From positions 161,510,001 to 161,574,000 of the forward strand of contig OZ024741.1 in assembly GCA_964016885.1 (NCBI GenBank): 64,000 nucleotides of DNA. Direction: 5' to 3'. Shown here one piece after another: positions 51,668 to 64,000 of this stretch (its first letter is position 1; every line of letters begins with the position of its first letter). The stretch is from Eledone cirrhosa (lineage: Eukaryota). The position numbers and the translations under genes were made by a program. The notes under the pieces are model-generated. The model saw only the letters and a program-made list of their open reading frames with translations, was not told the DNA's origin and did not search any database.

Positions 51668-51892
51668 TTGCGTATGGTTGACGGTTTATTTAATTGATTT
51701 CCACGTGCTGTTGAAATGTTGGGTAAATATTCTATGGCGGTTGGCCGCGAAGAGATTGCTGTCATTTATTTATCTACTATTTCTTCATTTAATCTTATAG
51801 CCTGGTCTAATTGATTTTTTGTGTGGTTGATTATGCTAATTGGGAGAGGAAATGGTGTATATATATTATCAAATCATTCTATGGACATGTTT

Positions 51893-52503
51893 ACTCGAGA
51901 GAAGGCTACGTGATGCGCATGAAAGACGACAGCTGTATAACAAAATGCAGGGCAATAAAGATAGACGGTAGCCACGGAGTAGGCAGATCCAGAAAAACTT
52001 GGGACGAGCTGATAAATTCCGACCTCACACACTTACACCTCTCCAAGACAATGTCACTGGACCGAGACCTTTGGCGGTTCTCAGTAATAGAGAAGACCCG
52101 CCTTACCTAAATACAAAGTAAAACCTACTACAGTCAGTAGGCATCTCTAACAAAATACTCCCCCGTCCCACCACCCCCACCCCATCCACACCGCCCCTTC
52201 AATGTAAAGTTATGTTGGTGCCACAACATCCAGGCCGAAACAAATGAGATCGTGTAGGTGTCACGACAAAAAAACACACAGTCCACGCTGTAATGTGGCC
52301 GTGTAGGCAACATGGTAAAAACCTCCCAGACCCACACTGTAAATGTGGTTGATGTTAGGAAGGGCATCCAGCTGTAGAAAACCCGCCAGACAGTCCTATG
52401 TGAGCAAGTCAACCACTCTTGACTCAAGTGGGAAAACTCCTGTCCAAACCCATGCAAGCGTGGAACATGGACGTTAAACGATGATGATGATGATGATGAT
52501 GAT
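51893..52503 (+). mobile_element. RTE-clade LINE 3' end
   Basis: Same family as 57065-57700. Confidence 0.88.
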
Positions 52504-52577
52504 ATATATACATATACATACATATATATATATACACACATATATATATATATATATACACACATATATATATACAT

Positions 52578-53070
52578 ATATATATAAAACTGTAGTTGTC
52601 CGTCTGTGTGTGTCCTCATTTTTGCAAAGTCTATACAAATCCACATTTTTACAAAGTCTATACACATCCACATTTCTACTCCGATTGACTTCAAACTTGC
52701 ATTTATATATTCCTTGCAGTCTAAAGATATTAAGTGCAGCTTTTATTTTTCAATTTTCTGTTGTTAAAGGGGTGTTAGGCGCCGGTTATCAATCTCCGTC
52801 GCGCCCTTATAATATCTGTCTGTATGTCTGACTGTCTGCATTATGACATTATGACAAACATTGATGACATATTATGTTCGCTATTTTCCGTTCATTGCCA
52901 GGGAACGTCTTCACGAACCAAAGTATCGTCTTCCTGTTTTCCTTCAGTTGCTATGTTTTTCGAAATATTTACTTCTGCGTTCACAGATTGATTTTTTTAG
53001 TTTCAGAAGATCCTGTTAAGGGTGAAAGCAGCGATTCTTTGCTTAAACTTTAATCTGTTATTTTAATATA
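52578..53070 (+). mobile_element. Helitron-like 5' part with captured family B pLTR (hammerhead fold at 52999-53049)
   Basis: TATATAAAACTGTAGTTGTC start like the 51667 end; internal block shared with 3623-3835. Confidence 0.6.
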
Positions 53071-53397
53071 TAATATAGGTGAGGCAAGCCAGCCCAGTTG
53101 CCACTTCTTGCCAATAAACATTAACACTTTGTGCGCCATTCATCTAACTGTAGACCAACAAATACCAAGTAAACAGAGCGTTGACAAGAACGATGGCGAA
53201 TGAATCTTCGAGGTAAGCAGTTTCCTCCCGAGCTCTTTCTCTGATACACCTTTTTGTAATAATACCGAACAATGTACTGCTGGTCACTCCTTCCTCCAAA
53301 AGCCGTACAAAGCGGACATGTGCAAATCTACACCAGGCCTACGCGAGAAATTCGCAAGGGACTGCACCGAGAGGGATAAAGAGAAAGAATAGCTTGT

Positions 53398-53930
53398 TTG
53401 TGACTTTAAGACCCGGCTCTACCAACACCGACACACATTCCGAAACCCGGCCCGGCGACATGCCACTACACTTTCAGGCCACATATGGGACCTCCAAGAT
53501 AATAACATAACCTACAATCTTAGTTGGAGCCTGCTGTCCAGGGCTAACTCCTACACAGGAGGACACCGTCCATGTAACTTATACTCAGAGGAAACATTAC
53601 AAATGCTGTTTACGAAGGACCAACTCCTAAATAAAAAAGACGAACTGGTAGCTGCATGCAAACACCGATTGCATAGGACTTACCTCGCCCTCAAACCCCC
53701 TAATGACCCGGGTGGGTAAACAATGGCTGCAACATCCCACTTGCCGAACAAGATAGGGGAAACCCCTGCTTACATAGGTAGATGTACCTCTTTTCTTTTC
53801 CTTTCTCTTTTCTTCTTCCCTTTGTCTCTTCCTATCACTTCCTTCCACTCCCTATCCTCTTCCTTTTTCCCCTTTTGCCTACCTCGAGGCAGCCCATCGG
53901 GCCTTTGAAGCCTCAATACCCCCACCCCAG
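53398..53930 (+). mobile_element. PLE family A GIY-YIG/3'UTR fragment
   Basis: Highly similar to 570-1108. Confidence 0.88.
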
Positions 53931-54384
53931 TAAATTAAAGATAGCATTGGCCGAAAACGCAATATAAACTAATTATAGCAGCTGTTTTAGACCCCAGAGA
54001 TTTTGTATTACTTTTTATATATATATATATGTATATATATATGTATATATATATGTATACGGCGAATGCTATAGAATAGGTTAATAAGCTGAGAATAGAA
54101 GATACTAAATAAATAAAAAATTTTGAAATTATAGAATTGGATAGTAAAAAGTAATAATATGCCTCATTCTGTTGGACCCTAACCCTAAAAACTAACCTTC
54201 TCCTAAAGTTATCCATAAAGTTTACTCAATAAGCAGTGTTTTAAACTTCTATTTATGCCAGTCTAGAATTCAAATACTCCGTTTTTCTCTCGGATTTTCA
54301 ATTAATATTTTACATGCTTTTAATAATATGCCTCATTCTGCTGGACCCTATCCCTAAAAACTAACCTTCTCCTAAAGTTACCCG

Positions 54385-57300
54385 TTTCCCGCTCTCCCAC
54401 CCCCACACACCACCATTGCTATATAGTCCAATCATAATTCAGCGGTTTATAGTAAGTTCACTTACAAATCAGTATAACAAAGCTACCACCTCGGTTATTA
54501 TTCCTTAAGTTTAGACCTGGTTGATTTTCGGTTTGCTAGGTGGACTTCCGAATTTGGAAAGACTGAACACTCAATGACAATGTCACAGATAAAGATAAAT
54601 TCACCTCCCACTGCAGGATGAGAATGCAAGGACCCCTCTTTATATTGGACACGGATGACCAACATAATTCCATCTCCCACACCCCTCCAACACATCCATC
54701 CCACCCTCCCAACTTCAGAGTTGGTACCATGAACGTAGGCACATTGAAAGGTCGCTCAAATGAGGTTGTAAGAGATGCTTGAGTAAAGAAGTTGATGTTT
54801 GTTGTATTCAAGAGACTAGATGGAGACTATCTGTAACACACTTCAAAAAACGAGAAAACCACTTGATCACCTATAGATCAGGGGAACACGCCAGCCAGAG
54901 AGATTATATCCTTACTAGAAGACATGACAGAGTGTCTGTTGTAAACACTAAATCCCTCCCCTGTGAAGAATGCACCTCCCAACAGAGCCTAGTAGTTAGT
55001 GACCTCATAGTCAGGAATAGACGTACTCAACGACAGAGGAGGACTACCTTGAGGAGAAGAATATGGAAGTTGAAGGACCCCATAGCCAGTGACAAATTTA
55101 AAAGCTTATTACTTGATGCCTTTGACAATTAAGACGTGCAATATAGAGGAACAGTGGGAATTCTTGAAAGTGAACCTACTAAAAGCGACGGATGAAATCT
55201 GTGGCTGGAACAGACCAATTGGTAGGAGGAGAGTAACTTGGTGGTGGAACAGTAAGGTGGAGGAGACAATCAAGGCCAAAAAGCAGGCTGGGAAAGTATG
55301 GCAGGATGGGGGAAGTAGAGAACAGTATCAAGTGGCCAGGAGAGAAGCTAGGAGACAAGTGTACCTTGCAAAAAGGGAAGCAGAGGATAGAAAGTTCAAG
55401 CATATTCTACAACGTGAGGACCAAAAACGTGAGGTGTTCAGGATTGCTAGACAATGTGTCAAAGAAAACCGTGATATTGCCGGGGAGAAATGTGTCCGTA
55501 ATGATAATGGTGTACTTGCCTTCATTGATACTGATATGAAGGTAGCTTGGCAGTGTCACTACGAGAGACTATTAAATGAGGAGAATAAATGGGAAAAAGA
55601 TAGTCTGCCACAAATCAATCCAATAGAAGGACCAGCGGTGCAAGTTAAAGGTAGTATAATAAGTAAGGCAATCAAAGATATGAAGACAAGCAAGGAACTG
55701 GGCCTTCGGAGATAGTTGCTGAGATGTTGAAGGCATCTGGAATGGTGGGACATACTATGGTCACCCGTATAGTTAACCAAGTAATACAGAATGGGGTCAT
55801 ACCAAAAGACTGGCGTAGCAGCATCATCATTAACTGCTACAAGGGTAAAGGGGATGCTCTAGATAGGGGAAACTAAAGAGGCATTAAGTTAGTTGACCAG
55901 GTCATGAAGGTCACAGAAAGAGTTATAGCATTACTAATCAGAGAGCAAATTGATCTAGATGAAATGCAGTTTGGGTTTGTTTCAGGTAAAAGTACCACAG
56001 ATGGTCTTTTCCTTGTACGACAACTACAGGAGAAGTTCCTAGCTAAAAGTAAACCCCTCTACTTAGCTTTTGTTGACTTGGAGAAAGCCTTTGACAGAGT
56101 CCCGCACTCCATTATCTGGTGGGCTCTTAGAAAACTAGGTGTAGATGAATGGCTTGTGAGAGCTATACAAGCCATGTATAAAGAAACAGTAAGTAAGGTT
56201 AGAATTAACAATGAATATAGTGAAGAATTTAGCGTAAAAGTTGGTGTTCATCAAGGCTCTGTCCTTAGCCCCCTCCTATTTATTATTGCCCTTCAAGCTA
56301 TAACAGAGCAGTTTAAGACTGGCTGCCCATGGGAACTCCTATACGCAGATGATCTAATTCTCATAGCTGAATCTATGGCTGAACTAGAGAAGAAATTCCA
56401 AACATGGAAGCATGGCCTAGAATCAAAAGGCCTTAAAATTAACCTGTCTAAGACTAAAGTTCTAGTATGTAGGAACGAAAATAGGGCACAGGTCCCATCT
56501 GGGAAATGGCCATGCTCAGTGTGTAGGAAAGGAGTAGGCAGAAACTCCATTTTATGTCCCAAATGCAAAGTATGGGTGCATAAAAGATGTAGTGGGATCA
56601 CAAGTAAGCTAACTAAGAATATAGATTTTATATGTGGCCGGTGCTCTGGTGCAATAAGTAGCAGCAAGTGCTCACAGAATACTAGCTCATTCCATTGCAC
56701 AGATGGTTCTATAGAAATAGTGGACACCTTCCGTTACCTGGGTGACAAAATCAGCAGTGGTGGAGGGTGCTCTGAAAGTACAGTAACTAGAGTCAGAACG
56801 GGATGGAAAAAGTTCAGAGAGCTTATACCACTATTGGCCGCTAAAGATTTCTCTCTAAAAATGAAAGGCAGGCTGTATGATGCCTGCATACGAACAGCAA
56901 TGTTACATGGCAGTGAGACTTGGGCATTGTGTGCAGAGGATCTACGCAGACTGGAGAGGAATGAAGCTTGCATGCTCCGTTGGATGTGTAATAGTAATAT
57001 ACGTGAACAGCAAAGCATAAATGAACTAAGTGAGAAATTAGGAATAAGAGGGATCAGATGCTGTTTACTCGAGAGAAGACTACAATGGTATGGTCACATG
57101 ATGCGCATGAAAGACGACAGCTGTATAAAAAAGTGCAGGACGATCAAAATAGACGGTAGCCACGGAGTAGGCAGACCCAGAAAAACCTGGGACGACTTGA
57201 TAAATTCCGACCTCACACACTTACACCTCTCCAAGACAATGTCACTAGACCGAGATCTTTGACGCTACACAATAATACAGAAGACTCGCCTGGCCTAAGT

Positions 57301-57700
57301 ACAAAGCGAAACCTACAGTCAGTAGGCACCTCTTAACCAAAATACACCCCCGACCCCCCGTCCCACTACCTCCCACCCCATCCACACCACTCCTTTCGAT
57401 GTAAAGTTATGTTGGTACCAAAACATCCAGTCCTAAATAAATGAGGTCGTGTAGGTGTCACGACAAAAAAACACACAGTCCACACTGTAATGTGGCCATG
57501 TAGGTAACACAGTAAAAACCCCCCAGTCTACACTGTAAACGTGGTTGGTGTTAGTAATGGCATCCAGCCATAGAAAACCCGCGAGACAGTCCTATACGAG
57601 CAAGAGAACCAATCTTGCCTCAAGTGGGAAAATTCCCGTCCAAACCCATGCTAGCGTGGAAGATGGACGTTAAACAATGATGATGATGATGATGATGATA
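54385..57700 (+). mobile_element. RTE-clade LINE, near full length, disabled (APE deletion, stops); PHD-type finger in the RT C-terminal region
   Basis: VGTMNVGTL, IQETRW, FVDLEKAFD, QGSVLSPLLF, YADD, C4HC3 insert, FRYLG, (GAT)n tail. Confidence 0.93.
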
Positions 57701-57735
57701 TATACACATATATATATACGCATATATATATACAT

Positions 57736-57782
<47 letters not shown>

Positions 57783-57827
57783 CACATATATATATACACA
57801 CATATATATATACACACATATATATAT

Positions 57828-57878
<51 letters not shown>

Positions 57879-57930
57879 CACATATATATATACACACATA
57901 TATATATACACACACATATATATATATATA

Positions 57931-58504
57931 TGGTGGCTGCCAACTCGTTTTCGAGTACGGCCACTACTTTATATCCATGTAGGAGAACCCCTACCGATGC
58001 GCTGAACGAGTGTGACTTTTTAGTCCAGCCACCAACTTGAAAACTCTAGCACAAACACCCCACTTGTGACCATTATTGACATATAGTGCTGGGCCCATGG
58101 TACATGTGATGACAAGTGCAGAGATATCTCCAGATATAAAGCAATGCCTGTGCCGTGAAGCTTTTATAGTGAGCAAAGGCACTGCACAAAGCCAGTCCCA
58201 CTCTCTTAACCAAGATGATATTTACCAAAAAGAAGAACAAGTCAACATCATTGGATACCATCAGGGTTGCAGGTGTTATATCAGAGTTTTCCTTCTCCTA
58301 GAATTCTGCCTTGACAAAGGCTAAGGGGTCATCTCTCCCTGTGATTTTGGATGGCCATTGACTCTTAAGAGCTCCTTTGCCCTTTGACAGGTCTTGTTTT
58401 CAGTCCTGCAGGATGTCCAAAGTCACCCTCCTCACCAAGAAACCTTGGTGGGGTTGCCAGTTTAGTCGCCAACGACCCGACCATGAGACAGGTGTATTTT
58501 GTAT
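57931..58504 (-). mobile_element. Internally deleted (bipartite) RTE/BovB-like element
   Basis: 5'UTR-like CTAGGAGAAGGAAAACTC block joined to a C-terminal zinc-finger remnant [20 protein letters not shown]. Confidence 0.55.
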
Positions 58505-60757
58505 GGGTGTATTTTGTTAGAGATGCCTACTGGCTGGAGTAGGTTTTACTATATATTTAGGTAAGGCGGGTCTTCTCTGTTACTGAGTACCGCCAAAGGT
58601 CTCGGTCCAGTGACATTGTCTTGGAGAGGTGTAAGTGTGTGATGTCGGAGTTTATCAGCTCGTCCCAGGTTTTTCTAGGTCTGCCTATTCCGTGACTACC
58701 GTCTATCTTTATTGCCCTGCACTTTGTTATACAGCTATCGACTTTCATGCGCATCACGTGTCCATACCAACGTAGCCTTCTCTCGAGTAAACAACATCTG
58801 ATCCCTCTTATCTCTAATTTTTTCCTTAGTTCGTTTATGCTTTGCCGTTCACGTATATTACTGTTACACATCCAGCGGAGCATGCAAGCTTCGTTCCTCT
58901 CTAGTCTGCGTATATCCTCTGCACACAATGCCCAGGTCTCACTGCCATGCAGCATTGCTGTTCGTATGCAGGCATCGTACAACCTGCCTTTCATTTTTAG
59001 TGAGAACCCTTTAGCAGCTAATAGTGGTATAAGCTCTCTGAACTTTTTCCAACCAGTTCTGACTCTAGCTACAGTACTTTCAGAGCACCCTCCCCCACTG
59101 CTGATTTTATCGCCCAGGTAACGGAAGCTGTCCACTATTTCTCTAGAACCCTCTGCGCAATTGAAAGAGCTAGTAGTTTGTGGGCACTTGCTGCTACTTA
59201 TTGCACCAGAGCACCGGCCACATGTAAAATCTATGTTCTTAGTTAGCTTACCTGTGATCCCACTACATCTTTTATGCACCCATACTTTGCATTTAGGACA
59301 TAAAATGGAGTTTCTACCTACGCCTTTCCTACACACCGAGCACGACCATTTCCCAGAAGGGACCGCCGCCTTGTTTTCTTTCCTACAAACTAGTACTTTG
59401 GTCTTAGCCAGGTTAATTTTAAGTCCTTTTGACTCTAGGCCGTGCTTCTATGTTTGGAATTTCTTCTCTAGCTCGGCCATTGATTCCGCTATGAGTGTCA
59501 GGTCGTCTGCGTATAGGAGTTCCCATGGGCAGCCTGTCTTGAACTCCTCTGTTATAGCCTGAAGGGCAATAATAAATAGTAGTGGGCTGAGAACAGAGCC
59601 CTGATGGACGCCAACTTTTACGCTAAACTCTTCACTATATTCGTTGTTAATTCTAACCTTGCTGACTGTTTCTTTATACATGGCTTGTATAGCCCTCACA
59701 AGCCATTCGTCAACGCCTAGTTTTCTAAGAGCCCACCAGATAATGGAGCGGGGGACTCTGTCGAAGGCTTTCTCCAAGTCGACAAAAGCTAAGTAGAGGG
59801 GTTTACCTTTAGCTAGGTACTTCTCCTGTAGTTGTCGTACTATGAAAAGAGCGTCTGTGGTACTTTTGCCTGACACAAACCCGAACTGCATTTCATCTAG
59901 GTCAATTCTCTCTCTGATTAGTTGCGCTATTACTTTTTCCGTGACCTTCATGACCTGGTCGATTAATTTAATGCCTCTATAGTTACTCCTATCTAGGGCG
60001 TCTCCTTTACCCTTATAACAGTTAACGATGATGCTGCTATGCCAGTCCTTCGGAACAACCCCATTCTGTACGACTTGGTTAACTATGCGGGTGACCATGG
60101 TGTGTCCCACCGTGCCAGATGCCTTCAGCATCTCAGCAACTATTTCCGAAGGCCCAGCCGCCTTACCCGTCTTCATATCCTTGATTGCCTTACTTATTAT
60201 ACTCCCCTCGACTAACACTGCTGGTCCCTCTATTGGGTCGATATGGGGGAGACTGCCTTTCTCCCAATTATTCTCCTCATTTAGTAGCCTTTCATAGTGA
60301 CACTTCCAAGCTACCTTCTTATCAGCGTCGGTGATGGCAAGTGTGCCATCGTCGTTTAGTACACACTTCTCCCCGACAATATCACGGTTTTCCTTGACGC
60401 ATTGCCTAGCAATCCTGAACACCTCACGTTTTTGGTCATCGCGTTGTAGAACATGCTTGAACTTTCTTTCCTCAGCTTCCCTTCTTGCTAAGTACACTTG
60501 TCTCCTAGCTTCCCTCCTGGCCACTTGATAGTCCTCTCTACTTCCCCCATCCCGCCATACTTTCCAAGCCTGCTTTTTGGCCTTAATTGACCCCTCCACC
60601 TTACTGTTCCACCACCATGTTACTCTCCTCCTGCCTACAGGCCTGCTCCAGCCACAGACTTCGTCTGTCGCCAACAGCAGGTTTGCTTTCAGAAATTCCC
60701 ACTCTCCCTCTATATTGTCCGACTCTAAATGTTCTTCCTTACTGTCGAAAGCATCAT
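58505..60757 (-). mobile_element. RTE-clade LINE (RT region), inverted relative to 54385-57700
   Basis: ORFs 59448-60757 and 58557-59336, split by a stop. Confidence 0.93.
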
Positions 60758-60773
60758 GTATATATATATATAC

Positions 60774-60857
<84 letters not shown>

Positions 60858-61019
60858 ACATATATACATATCTTTGCTTTTTCAATGCTATTCGATAATT
60901 CTGTCTGATTGTTCAAAACAATCTTGTATTTTTTTAATTCCCATAATTCTTCTCTTATTACTGTTATATATGCTTGTTCAATTATGCCAAAAATTCGAGG
61001 ATTTTATTTAAACCTTCTC

Positions 61020-62310
61020 GCTAACTACCCCATAACCCTCCCACCCGCCCCCACTGACCACCATTATTACATGGACCAATCATAAGTCAGCGGCCTATGC
61101 TATCACTTCTTAAGTTTAGACATGGTTGTCTTTCGATATGATGGATGGACTACGGAATTCTGGGGAGTTTGAAAAGAAAAAAATCTGGACACTCAGTGAC
61201 AAAGGTAAAGACAAATTCACCTCATGCTGCCGGACGAGAATGCAAGGACTCCTCTTTATTTCGGCCGCGGATGGCTAACATAACCCCATCTCCCTCACCC
61301 CCCACCCCCCACCCGTTCCCACCCTCCAAACGCAATCCAAAACTTCAGAGTTGGTACCATAAATGTAGGCACCTTAAAAGGTCGCGCTAACGAGGTTCTA
61401 GAAATGCTTGAACGTAAGGAGGTCGATGTTTGTTGTATTCAAGAGACCAGGCGGAGGGGTGGGTCTGCTAGATTCATTGAGGGTAAAAAACGATTTTATA
61501 AGCTTTTCTGGGTGGGGAATGAGAATGGGCTGGGTGGAGTAGGAATCATGGTAGCAGAAAAGTGGGCAGATAAGATAATAGACGTAAATAGAGTGAACGA
61601 CAGAATAATTAAAATAAGACTTGTCCTAAATAGAACTACTGTGACAATAATATCCCCGTATGCACCCCAATCCGGACTGCCTGGCGTTATAAAAGACAGA
61701 TTCTATGACTCGTTAATGCTCACTACCTCCAAAATAACCGACAGTGACTACATAATTATTGCTGGCGACCTAAATGGTCATGTTGGACAACATTGTGACG
61801 GTTATGACGGAATCCATGAAGGCTATGGGTTTGGTACTAGAAATGAGGAAACACCTCTCCAAGACAATGTCACTGGACCGAGATCTTTGGCGCTACACAG
61901 CAATAAAGAAAACCCCCCTTGCCTAAGTACAAAGCGAAACCTACAGTCAGTAGGCACCTCTTAACAAAAATACACCCCCGTCCCACTACCCCCACCCCAT
62001 CCACACCACCCCTTTCGATGTAAAGCTATGTTGGTACCACAACATCCAGTCCGAAATAAATGAGGTCGTGTAGGTGTCACGACAAAAAAACACACAGTCC
62101 ACGCTGTAATGTGGCCGTGTAGGTAACACGGTAAAAACCTCCCAGTCCACACTGTAAACGTGGTTGGTGTTAGGAAGGGCATCCAGCCGTAGAAAACCCG
62201 CCAGACAGTCCTATACGAGCAAGACAACCAATCTTGCCTCAAGTGGGAAAATTCCCGTCCAAACCCATGCAAGCGTGGAAGATAGACGTTAAACGATGAT
62301 GATGATGATG
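61020..62310 (+). mobile_element. RTE-clade LINE with large internal deletion (APE joined to the 3' end near 61852)
   Basis: GDLNGHVG..GFGTRNEE directly followed by CACCTCTCCAAGACAATG of the ORF end and the 3'UTR. Confidence 0.9.
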
Positions 62311-62404
62311 ATATGTATATATATATATACATATATATATATATACATATGTATATATATATATACATACATATATACACACATATATATATATATATAC
62401 ATAT

Positions 62405-64000
62405 ATCATCATCATCATCATTTTACGTCCACTTTTCCCTGCTTGCAAGAGTGGGACGGGTCTTATTCAGCACAACAACTCTCCACTTGTCACGGTCCTT
62501 CATCATCTCCACTGTGAGCTTCAGCGATCTGAGGTCTGTTCTCACCACCTCCGCCCATGTTTTTCGTGGTCTACCTCTACCACGTCTTCCTTCAACTGGC
62601 ATTTGCTGGCACTTCTTCACCCATTAGTCGTCCTGCATGCGCATCACATGTCCATACCACTGCAGTCTCCTCTCTCGCACACTACATTCTATCCCTCTCA
62701 GACACAGTTTCTCTCTCAACACATCCATGCAGGGTCGTTCACACACATTGACATTGCACATCCAACGGAGCATGCTTGCCTCATTTCTCTCCAGCCATCG
62801 CATATCCTCTGCAGTTGCTCAGTCTCACTACCATGCAGCATTGCGCTCCTCACACATGTGTCATATAACCGGCCTTTCGTACGCAGCAAGAAACCTTCTT
62901 CGTCAGCAGAGGAAGCAGCTCCCTAAACTTTTTCCAACCCGTCCTTATTCTAGATACTATGGCCTCGGAACACCCCCCTCCCATGCTAATCTGATAATCT
63001 GATCTCCTAGGTACCGGAAGCTATCCACTACATCTATAGCCCCACCTGCATTTGAAAAATGTGTCTATCAATGGGACTTCTACTGTCTAATTTCCCTGTA
63101 CATCTACTGCATACGTATTTCTCCCTACCTGTTAGTTTGCCTGCTATCCCGCTACATCTCTTGTGTACTCAGGATCTGCATATCGAACATGGCCATTTCC
63201 CTGACGGTATCAGAGTTTTGTCCTCTTTTCTACTCATCAACACTTTTGTCTTAGCTAGGTTCACTCTCAGTCCTCTTGCTTCCAACTGCTGTTTCTATAG
63301 CCAGAATTTATTCTCTAGCTCCTCTACTGATTCTGTTATAAGAACCAGATCGTCAGCATAGAAAAGTTCCCATGGACAGCCAGTCTTAAACTCCTGTTAT
63401 GGCTTGGAGGACTATAATGAACAAGAGCGGGCTGAGGACCAAACCTTGATGTACTCCTACTTGTATCTGGAATTCCTCACTAAACTCCATTCCTACCCTG
63501 ACTACCTCTGTACAAAGTTTGCACTGTCCTCACAAGCCATTCCTCAACACCTAGTTTCCTTAGAGACCACCAGATGACAGATCGGGGTACCCTATCAAAG
63601 GCCTTCTCTAGGTCAACAAAGGCTAAGTATAGTGGCTTATTTTTCTCTAAGAACCTCTCTTGTAATTGTCTCACCAAGAAGAGGGCTTCTGTTGTACTCT
63701 TCTCATGCACAAAACCAAACTGCATCTCATTTAGTTTGACCCTTTCTCTAATTAGTTGTGCTAATATCCTTTCTGCCACTTTCATAACCTGATCCATCAG
63801 TTTTATACCCCTATAATTGCTCCTCTCCAGAGCATCCCCTTTACCTTTGTAGCAATTTATGAGAATACTGCTGCACCTGTCTTTGGGTATGACACCACTA
63901 TATATAGCCTGACTGATGTTGCGTGCAACCAGTTTAGTGCCTACGTCTCCTGATGCCTTCAGCATCTCAGCAACTATCCCCGATGGTCCAGCAGCCTTAC
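62405..64000 (-). mobile_element. RTE-clade LINE, related subfamily; runs off the window end
   Basis: YKGKGDAL..NYRGIKL, FVDLEKAFD, GRPRKTW; (GAT)n tail. Confidence 0.9.

Noticed and set aside
53190-53220. ATGGCGAATGAATCTTCGAG|gtaagc, a possible first exon on the plus strand
   Set aside because: No downstream exon or homology is identifiable, so it could be chance.
54177-54190. CCCTAACCCTAA telomere-like motif
   Set aside because: Only two units, inside a short local duplication.
61225-61285. HDV-like ribozyme candidate in the RTE 5' region (TCCTC..GG..GCTAA); also 54610-54665 and 58440-58500
   Set aside because: P3 and P1 pairings could not be completed and are not preserved between the two copies.

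Overview
AT-rich, repeat-dominated animal genomic DNA. The SINE, RTE and (TA)n content resembles a mollusc or cephalopod, which is an inference. The only host gene I can support is the last two coding exons of an SLC5A7-like high-affinity choline transporter (minus strand, 16241-16135 and 13393-12833). No further upstream exon was recognised, so about 47 kb of the window may be a single intron. The rest is nested mobile DNA: several Penelope-like elements (PLEs; RT plus C-terminal GIY-YIG), many RTE-clade LINEs, a CR1/L2-group LINE, an R4-like remnant, a mariner remnant, Helitron-like and piggyBac-like non-autonomous elements, two tRNA-type SINE families and long (TA)n arrays. Main observations: (1) about 19 hammerhead-ribozyme folds from 7 sequence families in PLE pseudo-LTRs, including non-canonical cores (CAGAAGA, CUGAGAA, CCGAAGA) and a long-stem-II family with compensatory base changes. 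(2) Two unrelated retroelements, an EN+ PLE and a CR1/L2-group LINE, each have an ORF1 overlapping an ORF2 that lacks a start Met, with a U_UUU_UUA slippery heptamer in the correct phase, suggesting programmed -1 frameshifting. (3) Tiny fold-back ribozyme-only insertions lie in (TA)n. (4) A Helitron-like family appears to have captured a PLE hammerhead. All RNA folds were read by eye and none is shown to be active.
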